64,000 nucleotides of DNA from assembly GCA_002269645.1 (NCBI GenBank), contig NIVC01000866.1, forward strand, positions 8,050-72,049. The letters are read 5' to 3'. Under the pieces are notes generated by a model. It made no database searches. It saw nothing but the letters and a program-made list of their open reading frames with translations, and was not told where the DNA came from. The DNA is from Macrostomum lignano (Eukaryota). Numbering within the stretch: position 1 is the first letter of the stretch; the number at the start of each line of letters is the position of its first letter. Positions 25,461-52,370 of this stretch are shown one piece after another. Both the position numbers and the translations under genes were made by a program.

Positions 25461-25577
25461 CTGCCGGCTAAATAGTAGCAAACTTATTTGGCCAGTGCCG
25501 ACTAAATAAGCACTGCCTTTTTTAAATGAAAAGAATGTCAATACAACAGTTGACAATAAGCCCTATCTTGTCTTGAA

Positions 25578-25843
25578 CATACATGCGCAACTGTTGGCCG
25601 ACCTGGCCGATCTGGCCACTGTAAATTGTGGTAGACAAAGTAGCAAAAATGCCCACCCCAAATACAGACGTGGTACTAATTAGCTGACGAGGCATTTAGC
25701 CTAAATAAGACACCATAGTTACTCCTGCCGTTTACCCAAAATTGTATTAATTTTGCTTTAGGGTTTCTATCACAAGTAAGTCGCATTTTTTTGTCAAAAA
25801 GTAAGTCTTATGGCCAGTTTAAATTAGAGGTTGCGCATGTATG
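25578..25843. mobile_element. 266-bp MITE with 14-bp perfect TIRs, carrying the second 28S-like cassette
   Basis: CATACATGCGCAAC / GTTGCGCATGTATG; flanks GTCTTGAA and ATTTTGAA (6/8 match, probably an aged TSD). Confidence 0.75.
25676..25737 (-). other. Degenerate 28S rRNA fragment (R2 target region), copy 2
   Basis: Minus strand GGGTAAACGGCAGGAGTAACTATG-GTGTCTTATTTAGGCTAAATGCCTCGTCAGCTAATTAG; 52/63 to canonical 28S with one gap. Confidence 0.8.
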
Positions 25844-28030
25844 ATTTTGAAATTTGAATCTTGTCTCGTGGAGATCTTGTGAATATTCTACTAAACATTT
25901 AGTTTGATTAACTTGCAAGTACCTCTTAATCAACTTCAATAAATTTGGATAGGCCCCCTAGTAAGATAGTAATAGGCCCTATGTACAAAGCCAACATAAA
26001 AATGCAAATATAAAAATGCTTCAGAAGCCATGATAGAATATTAAAAAGGTCTAGATAGACACTATGTCTAGGCCTATTTCTTCGACTCTCGATTGCTGCC
26101 AGGTTTTTTTCTATAAGGATAGGCCTAGAGCTGATTGACAAACGACACTAGGCATAAACATGACAAATATTCGTTTCATACAATTTGACTAAGACTCAAT
26201 GACGAGGTATAACATTGCCATTAAGTATTGAACTATAGATCAAGTTAGATTAATGACAACTGACAAAATTAATTTGCTTGCTTCACTCAGTAAGACGGAC
26301 AGTGTCGAACGACGGACACCTTCATGCTTCATGGATGGATGGATCACGACGAACCCCGCTTAAAAAATTGAAGCCGATTCCTGGTTAAATTCCAAGTTAA
26401 ACTGTGAGCCTCTTCACGGCAATCGATTCCAGAACCAGAATCGGTTCGGATTTCCAAGAAAAAAAGCAGTATAACTATTTAACTTTGTTGAATGTTCGAG
26501 TGCCCTAACAGCATCACTTTGCACAATTTTTCACTTTCTTCTTGGCTATTGCCATTCAATAATCAAAGTATTAAAGCACTAATATCCCTCTAGTTATGGA
26601 GACAAAAAGTTAAACTTTACAAATTGGTTCTGGTTCTAGAACCAGAACAAGCAATATGAAGAGATCGCTTCCAAGTTAAACTGACGTTTGAATTCATTGC
26701 ACTTTAACAAAGTACGGATCAAAAAAGTTGAAAAAATGACTGTTAAACTTAGCTAACTGTAAAGAAATTTCAAAGTTTTAAGTTAAAATATTAGGCTGAA
26801 CTTCTGTACACACATAAATGAAACGCAGCATGAGAAGTAATAGATTTGAATGTTATCGCGCGCTGCTCAGATACATTTTTATTTTACAAGCGTGCACATT
26901 CACTTGTACATAAATGAACTATCGAATTATCGCGCGCAATCTTTTGGGACATAACTTTCAGACCATAATCTGTAAGATTTTACTACTGCCGCATCTGGGG
27001 CATGAGTTTAAAATTTTGACGCGGCTGAGACACGGCTAGCAACATGGAAGTGCGCATTCTCAGTTTTTGCCTCAATCTCGAAATTAGCTTTCTTTTGTTC
27101 ATTTCTACTATTTAAAGGGTATTAATAACCATAATAATTAAAGATCTAAGCGATAGGTGTGCAACTATACTACTAGTTACTGTTTAGTCCTTGGTTTGTG
27201 TGTCTTGCTATTTTAAAGAATAGATATTTTTATATAATATATCTTTTAAATTCTGTCTTGAAACTTTCATAGTAAAAGACACATTGAACACGAACTATGT
27301 TTTACAGTTATACTAATATACATTTTAGCAAAATAATAATTGCATTGTACTAATAAAAATAAAGTTAGAAATCTTTATAAAGAAGCATAACTTTTTGTTC
27401 CTCTATCCTCAATTTTAACAGCTAAAACATGTAGTTTTTTAAATGTAAGAACTATTTCAGCTTTTAGGTAGCTTCATTTTAAAGAGATAATTTTTGGTAC
27501 ATATTTGAAATAAACAACTAAAAAGGTTCACAGTTTTATAGTCACTCAAAATCCTGCTTATCAATGAAAACTCCTTTTAAGGCATCTAGAATTCAGTATT
27601 GAATCACATTATAAATCAATAAATAACTTTAAATCATTAAATCACAAAAATAACCTTTTTGCATGCACTTGCATTTGCACTTTGAGCTCTCATCATTTGA
27701 TTTTTATCCTCAGTAGTATTTTGTCCTAGTTATTTTTCATAAATTTTTTTAATTGTGATTAATGACTTCTAGCTTTATCATGTCAGATAAAAAGCAATGT
27801 ATAAGCTGTTGGGCATGTAGAAGCGTCAGAGCAAAATTTTCTTGAATAATATAGGTATATTTGTCTGGAATAAGTAGAAAGTTTAAAAAGTACTAACTGT
27901 AAAGTTGTAAAACTGCCAAAGTTGGTAGAAGAAACACAAAAGTTAATAAAAAATGTGCTTCACAAAAATAGTGCAGTACCATCGAAAAATATGACTAATT
28001 TTATTTTCACTGTCCTTGCAGTTATTTCAG

Positions 28031-29202
28031 GTTGCACGTGGAGCATCAATTAAACAAATGGTTTGTAGTTCGCTTTGCTCAGAATGCGATGCAAGCCGTC
28101 AATGAACAGGACTTGTGCGCCATTACTGCAGCGAGCAAAGAAGAGGCTCCTCTACGTCTATGCTACGGGAGGAAAGTACATGTAGACGGACGCTCCTCGA
28201 GCAGTTTACAACCCGGGACTCTGATGGTCCCTGCTTTGCCTACCTTTGCGCTGATCAGGAACTGCCTCCCAATCATGGGAATAGAGACGGTGAGAATGAT
28301 ATGCTGGACAGCGCCTGGCACTTATTTGTTACAGTAGGCGGCTAGCTTGCAAAACTATAGATGAGAAAATGTGGTATTAGCTGTACAGTATATTTGTGTT
28401 ATGTTTTGTTTTATGAGTTTCCCTTACTTTTTAGGGGCGCCGACAATCGGCAACCGTGCGACTGGAGCAGATGAACAAAAAGCTCGATAATTTGATCGAA
28501 TTGTGCAGCGCCCAGAGTCACGTCGGTAGGACGGTTGGACAGGCTACACAAGAAAACACGCCTGAGGCTGAACCACAGGACAGGTTGATGGAGGAGCAAA
28601 ATGGCATCGCGACTGGACAGGACGGCGATGAGGCGGCATGTACATGTAATCTGAATGATGAGCTCCCGGCCGTAACAAAAAACAAACAGCGACTCGACAT
28701 CGCCATTCAGGCTAATGCTGCGCTCGATGCTACGGCAGCCACCAAGCTTTGTTTTTAAGGAGCTGCTAATCGAACTAATAGGTATGGAGGCTTTTCAAAC
28801 TTAATTAACAATGTCTGTCACTTCCTTGCAAATATAAAGAAATGATTATCATAATTTGAAGTTTTAGGTTTTGCAGTTTTATAATAATAAAAGCGCACTA
28901 AAGGTTCGCCATTTATAAAAGTTAAAGTCCAACGGCACATTTATATTTGCTGTTTATTATCATATTTCAGGTCGTGAGATCTTACATGCGACTCCGGCTC
29001 CTATATGCAAGGACTACTTAAGTAGAAGGACGGAAGACTCAGAATTGGTGAAAATTTCATTGGAGGCCGATTTTTCAATGTATCTCCTGTGTACGCTATT
29101 GATCGACAATCCTCCGCCAGTACTGAGGCCCAGCTTGAAATGGCGAAGACGCTAGCTGTCCGCGGCGACTTACTCGACGAGCTGCTCTTCCCTAGAAGCT
29201 AA
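28031..29202 (+). pseudogene. Decayed three-segment coding-like sequence of unknown family
   Basis: GC-richer blocks after TTTCAG/TTTTAG acceptors at 28031, 28435 and ~28970; CSECDASRQ*TGLVRHYC zinc-finger-like motif with an internal stop; phases do not join cleanly. Confidence 0.3.
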
Positions 29203-30569
29203 GTGTGTCAGCTAACTGTATTCATTTGCAAAAAAATCTTATAACAAAAAATTTTGGATATAAATGCGATTCCCAAAAACACACTGCTTTTCTGTTTCTT
29301 ATTTTCTTCAGTTTCTACTTATAGACATATTGTGAATACATTCACGCATTCGCTCTTTCCCACGCGCATCTCCAACTGATCACTGTTCATTTTTCTTGCA
29401 TATAGTTAAAATTAAATAAAGAAATAATCTATATTGGAGACCCTGTAAAAATTACGAAAAAATCCTACGTTTTTGTCATTAAACAGACTCGTATCCGTGA
29501 TAAGAGTTATGTACTTTTGTTAAATTTAATAGTGTGAGAGCTAGCGTTGCTACGGCGGGCAAAAAACGGCTGAGATTTGGCGTCAGGGCTTCTAAATATG
29601 AAATTCGAATTGAAATATGAATTTACTACTACTGCAAAAAACTTTGCGCACTACTAACCGCAGTAGATAAACTCGGACATAACTCCTAAATTTTCGCGAC
29701 GCTCATTAAATTAAACAATTCTTCCGTCTTCCTACTTTAACTAGGAATGTCTGCCGACTTACCTGATTGGCTGGCTAACATGGAAGAATAGAGTGATTTT
29801 AAACCATGAATATGGCTTTTATTTTCTATGCGGGCGGGCGCGGGCCGCTCAAGTTGAAATCATTATTTTTATTATAAATTTAAACATCTTAAATGTTTTT
29901 TGCCTATTAAAACAAGTGTATAGTTATTATAGTTCATTAAAGTGCACAATATACTTAAAATCATTCTTGTTTTTTAGAGCTTCATTTAACTTTTTAAGCA
30001 GGAATAATTGTAAACATAGCTGGACTGAAGTCTGATTTTTGTAGGGCTAATACGACTGAGGAAATAAAACCGACAATATGATGCCTCTTAGAAAAAAGAA
30101 ATTGAACATTTTAAGATGAGAATATTCATCAATTTACTTAATAAAGAAATAAGAATTAAATAATTTTATCCCCCTAGTCGCGATTTTTCTGTAGCTCGTA
30201 CTTTTGTCCTCACCCAAGGACCCTGCACGTGCTGTACCTCTATATACAGTGGTACTTTGGTATATCGTATATGCCACAAATCGCGCAACGTGTTTGAAAC
30301 AATTCGAAGCATAAAAAGAATTTCATCACAAGTTTAGTTATTCTCCTGGCTACTGATTCTGTAGAATGCGTTCGCATCCAAAATCCCTCCTCAGGCTTGG
30401 AAGCTCAGCCTAAAACCAAGTCGTCATACAGCCATCGTTTATTTATGCGATAAAAACGTAGAAGCACACACATCAAGTCATCATGTGTAGCGAGGTTTTA
30501 TGTAAATAAAATATAAATGAATGAAAGAGACCAATATTAGTCTTTGAACTTTCTGCCTCCAAAGTGGTG

Positions 30570-31065
30570 CCTTACCAATCAGCTTTGAGTGAAATGGTTG
30601 TTTGTTATCACAAGTCTTTCAGCACGCGCATGCGCTCTCTCCTATAGCTTTTGTTTTGGCTCCCGGTGCATGCGTGTCAACTTTGCCGAGACATTCTTGG
30701 TCTTATTTTTCACACCGTGCCTGCCATTAACAGTGCCAAAAACTTAACCTTCTGGTCTGCGAATGCAGTCTTCTGGTTACGTAAGCGATAAGGTCTTCGG
30801 AGCATTCAACCAACGTTTGTGTTAGGATTAGGTTCAGCAGCCCTACTTTCATAGAACTTCGTTAGATTGGCCCTCAGGCGCTTCTTCTGACTCTGCTTCA
30901 TCGCCCTTCATCGCACGTGAGCACCTGGATCTTAGGTGTAGTATTAACCATACAGCAGGTCGACTCTGGAAGCTATATATACTTCGACCAGCCTGTCGAT
31001 CTGCTGCCGTCCTCTTTCAGCACTTCTAGAGTTCACAGAAAATTCTTCTTTTATGGCGGCATTTT
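30570..31065 (-). pseudogene. Decayed reading frame, possibly a transposase C-terminus
   Basis: One frame reads IDRLVEVYIASRVDLLYG*..RAMKQSQKKRLRANL with scattered stops; family not identifiable by eye. Confidence 0.25.
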
Positions 31066-31420
31066 TCAATTCATGTGAGAGATTTGTCTAAATTCAATTT
31101 CTTATAGTTATAAAAAATGTACTTTTTTTATTTAACGCCGTATATAAAAACTTATAAATCTATAAATAGGAAATATACGCGCACAACTACAATAACTGAC
31201 ACTTAAAGAATGAAAGTAATTACATTTAAAACAGCCGGATATTCTAAGTATTAAATTAGTAGGTTTAGGGGAATTTTATTTGATTGACTACTACTAGTAG
31301 AAATATGTGGAAAATACGTTGACGAAAAAATGAATAAGTAGATTTTTTATCCAAGTGTACTGTATACCGAAAGCTAATAGATTTTAGTTATGACACAGCA
31401 GTCCACATGTGAGGTTCTGA

Positions 31421-31708
31421 CCGTGGCGGAGCCAGGAATTTCAATTGGGGGGGGGGCGGGTTGGCCTGGCTGGCCATGCCTTATGCCATTGCCACATTTG
31501 GCGCCGCAGGCACTCATTTTGGCGCCGCAGGCACTCATTTTAGCGCCGCAGGCACTCATTTTAGCGCTGCAGGCACTTATTTTAGCGCCGCAGGCACTCA
31601 TTTTGGCGCTGCAGGCACTCATTTTAGCACCGCAGGCACTCAATTGCCTCATGGTTTTTGGTACCCGCCGCGCCCAACCCCACCCCCCGGCGATTGGCTA
31701 CGCCACTG
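31421..31708. mobile_element. MITE with C(A/C)GTGGCG(T/G)AGCCA TIRs and an internal 21-bp tandem array
   Basis: Ends CCGTGGCGGAGCCA / TGGCTACGCCACTG; flanking GTTCTGA duplicated (31414-31420, 31709-31715); about 7 units of TTTAGCGCCGCAGGCACTCAT. Confidence 0.8.
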
Positions 31709-32919
31709 GTTCTGACTCAATGGCTAATACCAGCTTACGAAAAGTGATGGCTCATGGTGATCTGGCCTCAATCTCGGGTAAGCATAGAAATCTCACAGAG
31801 GCTTATGTAACTCACCCACTGACCCACATTGTAGAAAGAATAATATTAGCTGTGAGCATTATGAGTTACTGTAAGAAGATAACATCGACATTAAATTGGG
31901 GCTCTGCGTTCTGCAAATGTATGAGTACAAAGGGGATGTGGTTGAGTGCGCGATCGAGGACAGAGTTAGAATTGAGCCCGGAAAGATACTAGACTTGACA
32001 CACCGAGACACCACTCAACAGCTATGAAAGAGCATCAAGGTAAAAAAATACCCAAAAAACGGATCAGGACGGGAGCCGACTCAGATTTAATATTGTGCAT
32101 TTTGACCTGACTGCATTTCTTTACTAAATTACTTGTAGTAGACAGTTTCAAGAATTTATGTTTTAAGTCGACAGTCGTCGATAATTCCGAAGCGTTTTTT
32201 AGGTTTGTGGTAGCAGCAGGCTGTTTCGCTGCATACTAGCTCGTAGAACCAGGAATGACTGGATGAAACATCTGCTGCAGCATTGTCACCCTAATATTCA
32301 ACCACATCAGTTCGTTATTCTACAAAATAAACCTGATGAGAGGGGCCACGCGTCAAAATAATTAGATGCATGTTTATTATCAGTTTTTTGTAGAAAGCTT
32401 TTTCAAAAAATGAAAGAATCGATGCTCTATTTCAATGACATTTTGAAGTTAACCACGTGGTGGCACTGTTCGACGACAATGAATCATGCCCGATGTTTTC
32501 CTCGAATTTTTGTCTTCAACTTTGGCCTTGTACGAGTTGAAGAGGTATTTTCTTTTAGTGCAGTTCCAGTCTGCTTCTGTTTAATGCACTCGAATTTCTA
32601 GTTAAAAAACTGCTAGTCAGGGTCTGCCTTCCCGCACCAGAATTGAACTAAAGTTTTCAGTTCTTTGGCTCTTGCTGTCTACTATACAACAGATCCAATC
32701 GTAGGTACGCTGTTAAATCTTTCCGCCTCCAACCAATAAGAAACCCGGGACCTGCCAATTGGCTGTCCGGTTGTAGAAAATGCAAATAAAACTGGCTCCA
32801 CGATAAACCCAGACACGCGCCGCGTCTGTTATAGTGTTTGCAGGTCGGAAACTTGATTCACAGCGTATCTGTGAGCTTGCTAACTGTGTTGCCCAAGAAA
32901 CAGCCAGGCACCCACAGCC

Positions 32920-47933
<15,014 letters not shown>

Positions 47934-48733
47934 CGTCTCGAGCTCGGGCCTGAAGTGGCTTTTTTGGAAGTTGATCGTACGAGTATGAAACTGCAAAAGT
48001 ACACAAAACAAAGGTCTGAATCAACAAGAAGTAAATGTTATATCTCTTTTCGCTAATCAAGACATCATTTTTATGACCCATTTTCCTGATATCTAGCAGT
48101 AAAGCCTTTAGAGAGAACAATATCGTGACTAATTAATGGAAGATTAAATTAGTAGCCGTTAGTAACAGAAATAGTAAAACCGTTTGTCATTTTATTGAAG
48201 TAATTTTTTAAAGAATCAATAAACGATTATCTTTACTTGTGCTACTGATTTTTGCGATGGTACCTTGGTTCATTAAATAAAATAAAGACGCAGCTCCAGT
48301 GATTGCTTCGCGTGCAATACTCTAGATCCCTAGTGTGGTCCTCTTGTTCAATTTGATGTATGCTCGGCGATTTTGAGTCAGTTCAGTGGTATGAATGGGT
48401 TACAAGATGTATTGTATTCTAAGTGAGATTGTGAGATTGTGAGATTGTGATTGTGAGAATTTCCAAGTCAAGAGAAGCTGGAAACCGGCCGAAATTAAGA
48501 ATTCCAAGTTTACACGAACTGACTTTGACTGGGCCTGGAGATTCTGCCTTCCCTTCGACTCTCCGCCGCCTCGCTTTCGATTTCTGCCCGAGTTCACCCA
48601 GTCTCTGCTCACAGCCAGACTGTCGCAGCCTCGCTCCTCCCACCTGTACGTGAACTTCCGCTGCCTTGGCTGGAGTCTGCAAGCTGAGCTGCTCCGCAAT
48701 TGCGCACCTGAAATCTCATTCGACGCGTGGGTG

Positions 48734-48987
48734 GAGGAGCTGCAGGAAGACCCAGATTTGGAGGAGCTGCAGGAAGACCCAGATTTGGAGGAGCTGCAGG
48801 AAGACCCAGATTTGGAGGAGCTGCAGGAAGACCCAGATTTGGAGGAGCTGCAGGAAGACCCAGATTTGGAGGAGCTGCAGGAAGACCCAGATTTGGAGGA
48901 GCTGCAGGAAGACCCAGATTTGGAGGAGCTGCAGGAAGACCCAGATTTGGAGGAGCTGCAGGAAGACCCAGATTTGGAGGAGCTGCA
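48734..48987. repeat. Nine perfect 27-bp units (GAGGAGCTGCAGGAAGACCCAGATTTG; EELQEDPDL in one frame)
   Basis: 243 bp of identical units plus a partial unit, embedded in coding-like GC-rich sequence 48616-49145. Confidence 0.95.
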
Positions 48988-49812
48988 CGCCCATGGCTCA
49001 CTACAGCGACAGCCGTGAGCACGTGAAGTTCTGCCATGAGCAGATAAAGACAATCAGGGATGAACGATGCGTTGCCATGGAGTCGCAGGACGAGGAGAAG
49101 ATCCGGTGTGTCACGAAGAAGCTGGAGCGACTTCTACGCTTGTAGAGTCATCGGTGAGTCCAAAACCTGAGCTAAACGTCTGGACTCGGCTTTGATTTTT
49201 CGCTTTCCCTTGGCGGAAAAAGCATCAACTGAGAGAGTAATGTACTAATTCAAACTTATTGTCTTAAAACTTTGTGACAGTGTATTGTATTTTTTCCTTT
49301 TTATCGTGACTTGATTAAAATTTCTTAAAAAGATTGTTTTAACCTACTAAGCTGCGGCTGCGTTTTGAAATTTTCTATGACGAATTATTCAGATTTTAAA
49401 TCATAAAACTTGAAAGTTCATTTGAGAAGCACAAAGATAACTTAAAATGTTCATAAAGTTGAAGCCTTTTAAAAGTACACAACAATATCCCGTACATTCC
49501 AGCTACATTTTCTGTGCGTTCGTAAGTTTGAAGTACTAATGCCGAATTTTTAGCATAGTGGTCATTTGTGCGCTGGACCCTCCTGATTGCTCTAATTTAA
49601 AAATGGTTTCGTTAAAACAAAGGGTAATCTAAGTCTGCAAGTCCAAAAGTTGGGTTTTTCAACTACAAAAAAGTACATCGATTTTCAAAGTATTTTTTTA
49701 TCTTTCAGTTGTAATTTTTCGGCTCAAAGACTACCGTAATAGTAACTGCTATTAATTTTAATGCTCTGCGACAATTCCATATTCATGACAATTTTTTTTT
49801 CTGCAAAAAATA

Positions 49813-50535
49813 TACCTTTTTGCGATCTAGTTTGCCAAAACTGCAATCAATTTTGCCCGCGGAAAAATATCACTTATAATTTTGCTATCTAGGCCAAGTC
49901 TGCTCAGTCATGACCAGAGTTTCAGCCACAGACAACTCTTTGAAAACTGCAATCAATTTTGCCAAAACTGCGACCTAGTTTGCCCATAGCAAGCCAAGAA
50001 GAATTTTTATTGAGAATCAATTCGGAAGTGTGACGAAATAAACTGTAAAAGTGAACAATAAACAGCGAGTTTATAATGGTAGACGTAGGCACAATGCTCT
50101 CAATCATAGCATTGTTAAGGGACCTCCGCTTGGCACCTCCGCGAGGCAGAGGCTCTATACGACCGGTTGCGTTGAATTGTCCAACTATGTAAGTCACGGT
50201 TCTTCGTGAGATGCCCAACAGCCTACCGAAATCTTGCCAGTCCTCTCCATCCTGATATGCTTGAATCAATCGCTGCCGGTCCTTCGCTGAGATCCTGTTA
50301 TAAGGTCCACACTGGGCCATTCTTTGATCTTGCTATGTATGTCTGTGGTGTTTTCTTTGCTATGGGCAAACTAGGTCGCAGTTTTGGCAAAATTGATTGC
50401 AGTTTTAAAGAGTTGTCTGTGGCTGAAACTCTGGTCATGACTGAGCAGACTTGGCATAGACAGCAAAATTATAAGTGATATTTTTCCGCGGGCAAAACTG
50501 ATTGCAGTTTTGGCAAACTAGATTGCAAAAAGGTA
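49813..50535 (-). mobile_element. Tc1/IS630-like element, internally deleted, ~180-bp IR/DR-type TIRs, retains the N-terminal HTH DNA-binding ORF
   Basis: TIRs 49813-49992 and 50357-50535; TA flanks (49811-12, 50536-37); TTGCCAAAACTGC direct repeats within each TIR. ORF from 50320: ISAKDRQRLIQAYQDGEDWQDFGRLLGISRRTVTYIVGQFNATGRIEPLPRGGAKRR; no DDE domain. Confidence 0.9.
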
Positions 50536-50902
50536 TATTTTGAACCAACTCATGAAGGATATTTTGTCTACTTTGTACTTTGTTACTTCTGTGATGGTTT
50601 TATATGGTCTGTCTGAAACAAATATTTATTGTTATACTGTAGCTAATGTGAACTTTCTCTATTGCATTAACACGAACAACGTTTCTTCTAATTACAGTGT
50701 AGAGAATGTCTTGCAAAGCATTGCAAGAAGGTCTTAGGCAGACAAGACTACTTAAAATTATTCAGTAGTATGTAAAGGCTGTTTTTGCAATAAAGTTTTC
50801 AATTACTCGTACTAAATAAACATCCCTGAACACAAAATTTTTCGTTATAAAGCGATAGCCAGTAGTGATCCATAAGATTTATTGCTCAGTTTTGTAACCT
50901 CA

Positions 50903-52370
50903 GCTTTTTTCAGTACGAAAAGCTTGGAAAACCAGATTTCCGAAGAATTGTCATCAGAACGCTTGCAGAGCCATCAGACCAGCCTGAACTTGATCCAGTC
51001 AAGATCCGCCTGGATCTCCCCTTCCACTGGAGCGTCCGTGAAGTGCTTGGCTTTGACTTAGCTGCAGGGCTGTCCCGGGGGGGACACAGCGGGAAGGCGC
51101 GAACGCCCATTCCGCTAATCCCTAACGGCCGACGTGTCGCTATGGACGAAGGGTTGGCGCCGCTCAGGGAGGTCCCCCAGTGTCGCCAGCAGCTATAGTG
51201 CTCTCTGGAAAGGAGAGTTCAGCCCTGCGGGTGTCCCGGAGGTAGCGCATGGGCTGAATAAAGTTTTCTTCTGCTGAAATATATGTGTGTGGCCCGAGGT
51301 AAGTGAGTCTGGCCCGCGTGAAGGCGGGACAGATGCTGACGAAATGCTCAGCGGTTTCGTCACCTGAGTTGCAGAAACTGCAGATGGCGTTGGTGGCGTT
51401 GCCCTGCAGGTACTGGTGCCTAGAGAAGCAGCCGTGACCTGAGAGGATCATGGTGGCAGCTCGGATGTCTCTGTGCGAGAGGCGCAAGAGGAGCTTCCGG
51501 AGCTGGTGAGAGGGCTGAGTGACAGCGCCTCTGGATTGCCTGCAGGTAGCGCAGTTCGCCCAAGTCGAGTGGTGCTGGGTCCTGATCCACGCTTTGATGC
51601 GCGAGTCGATGACACAGCCGGGAATCGGGACAAGGAGTTCGGGACCGAGAGAGGAGCCGCAGGCGCCAACTTTTGCAAGGGCGTCAGCCAACTCATTTCC
51701 TCGGATCCCCACATGCCCTTGAACTCACTTAAGGGTGATTTTGTTGGTGGAGTCCAACATTTTGAGGAGTTTGATACTCCGTGAAGTGCAGCAGGCGGCA
51801 GGTCCTCAGCTTGCGGTTGCACAGTACGTACCGTGATGTACCTTTGGCACTCATTGCAGCCGCAGTGCACTCGATAGCGCTGCTCACCTGCGCTAAATCG
51901 GAGAAGCAGTACTCGGATTTGAGTTTCTGGTCGCTGAAGACTACAGACTCCCCGAATCGGCCTCGTAGCTCCCAGGGCTTCGGAACTCGCACACAAATCC
52001 GCGAACTCTCTCGCATTCGACACTAACCAAGAGCATTTTTGTAGTCGTTCGAATGCAGTTTTGCTTCCCTTCCTTCGAAGGTTCTCCACTTCTAAAGAGG
52101 CTTGTATCTGTTGAAAAAATCCCGTTTCCATTGATCCTCTGCCAACCATCCTTTCTATCCGCCCTTTCGTCGGCTAGGTCGCTGATTCCGAGCCACAGCC
52201 GACAGTTGCACCTGCTAGCATTGGGGACGGTTTCCAATCCTGATGCTCTTGACGGTCTGGCACGAGTTGGCGAGCTCCCCTCCGATGGCCGCGCACTGCC
52301 GATTAGCGGAGCACCAGGAGAAGTTCTCGGCAGGGCTCACGAACAAGCATTAGGGGAAAAATTGCAGAGC
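50903..52370 (-). mobile_element. 5'-truncated, degraded non-LTR retrotransposon 3' end (RNase H plus CCHC zinc knuckle)
   Basis: ITLK*VQGHVGIRGNELADALAK (RNase H), CSFCNSGDETAEHFVSICP (zf-RVT-like), upstream LRTSPGAPL post-RT motif; stops and frameshifts; short A6 tail at ~50903-50908. Confidence 0.85.

Larger units (their letters stand above)
22389..25517. mobile_element. Foldback-type non-autonomous DNA transposon (GG..CC ends, 8-bp TSD; MULE/Merlin-like by end features), ~640 bp once two nested inserts are removed
   Basis: Long TIRs GGCAGTGCTTATTTAG(C/T)CGGCACTGG... built from TATTTAGCCGGCA subunits; TSD TTTTTTAA at 22381-22388 and 25518-25525. Confidence 0.8.

Noticed and set aside
50935-50965. 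Hammerhead-like CTGATGA...GAAA on the minus strand
   Set aside because: Stem II is a single C-G pair and no stems I/III could be built.
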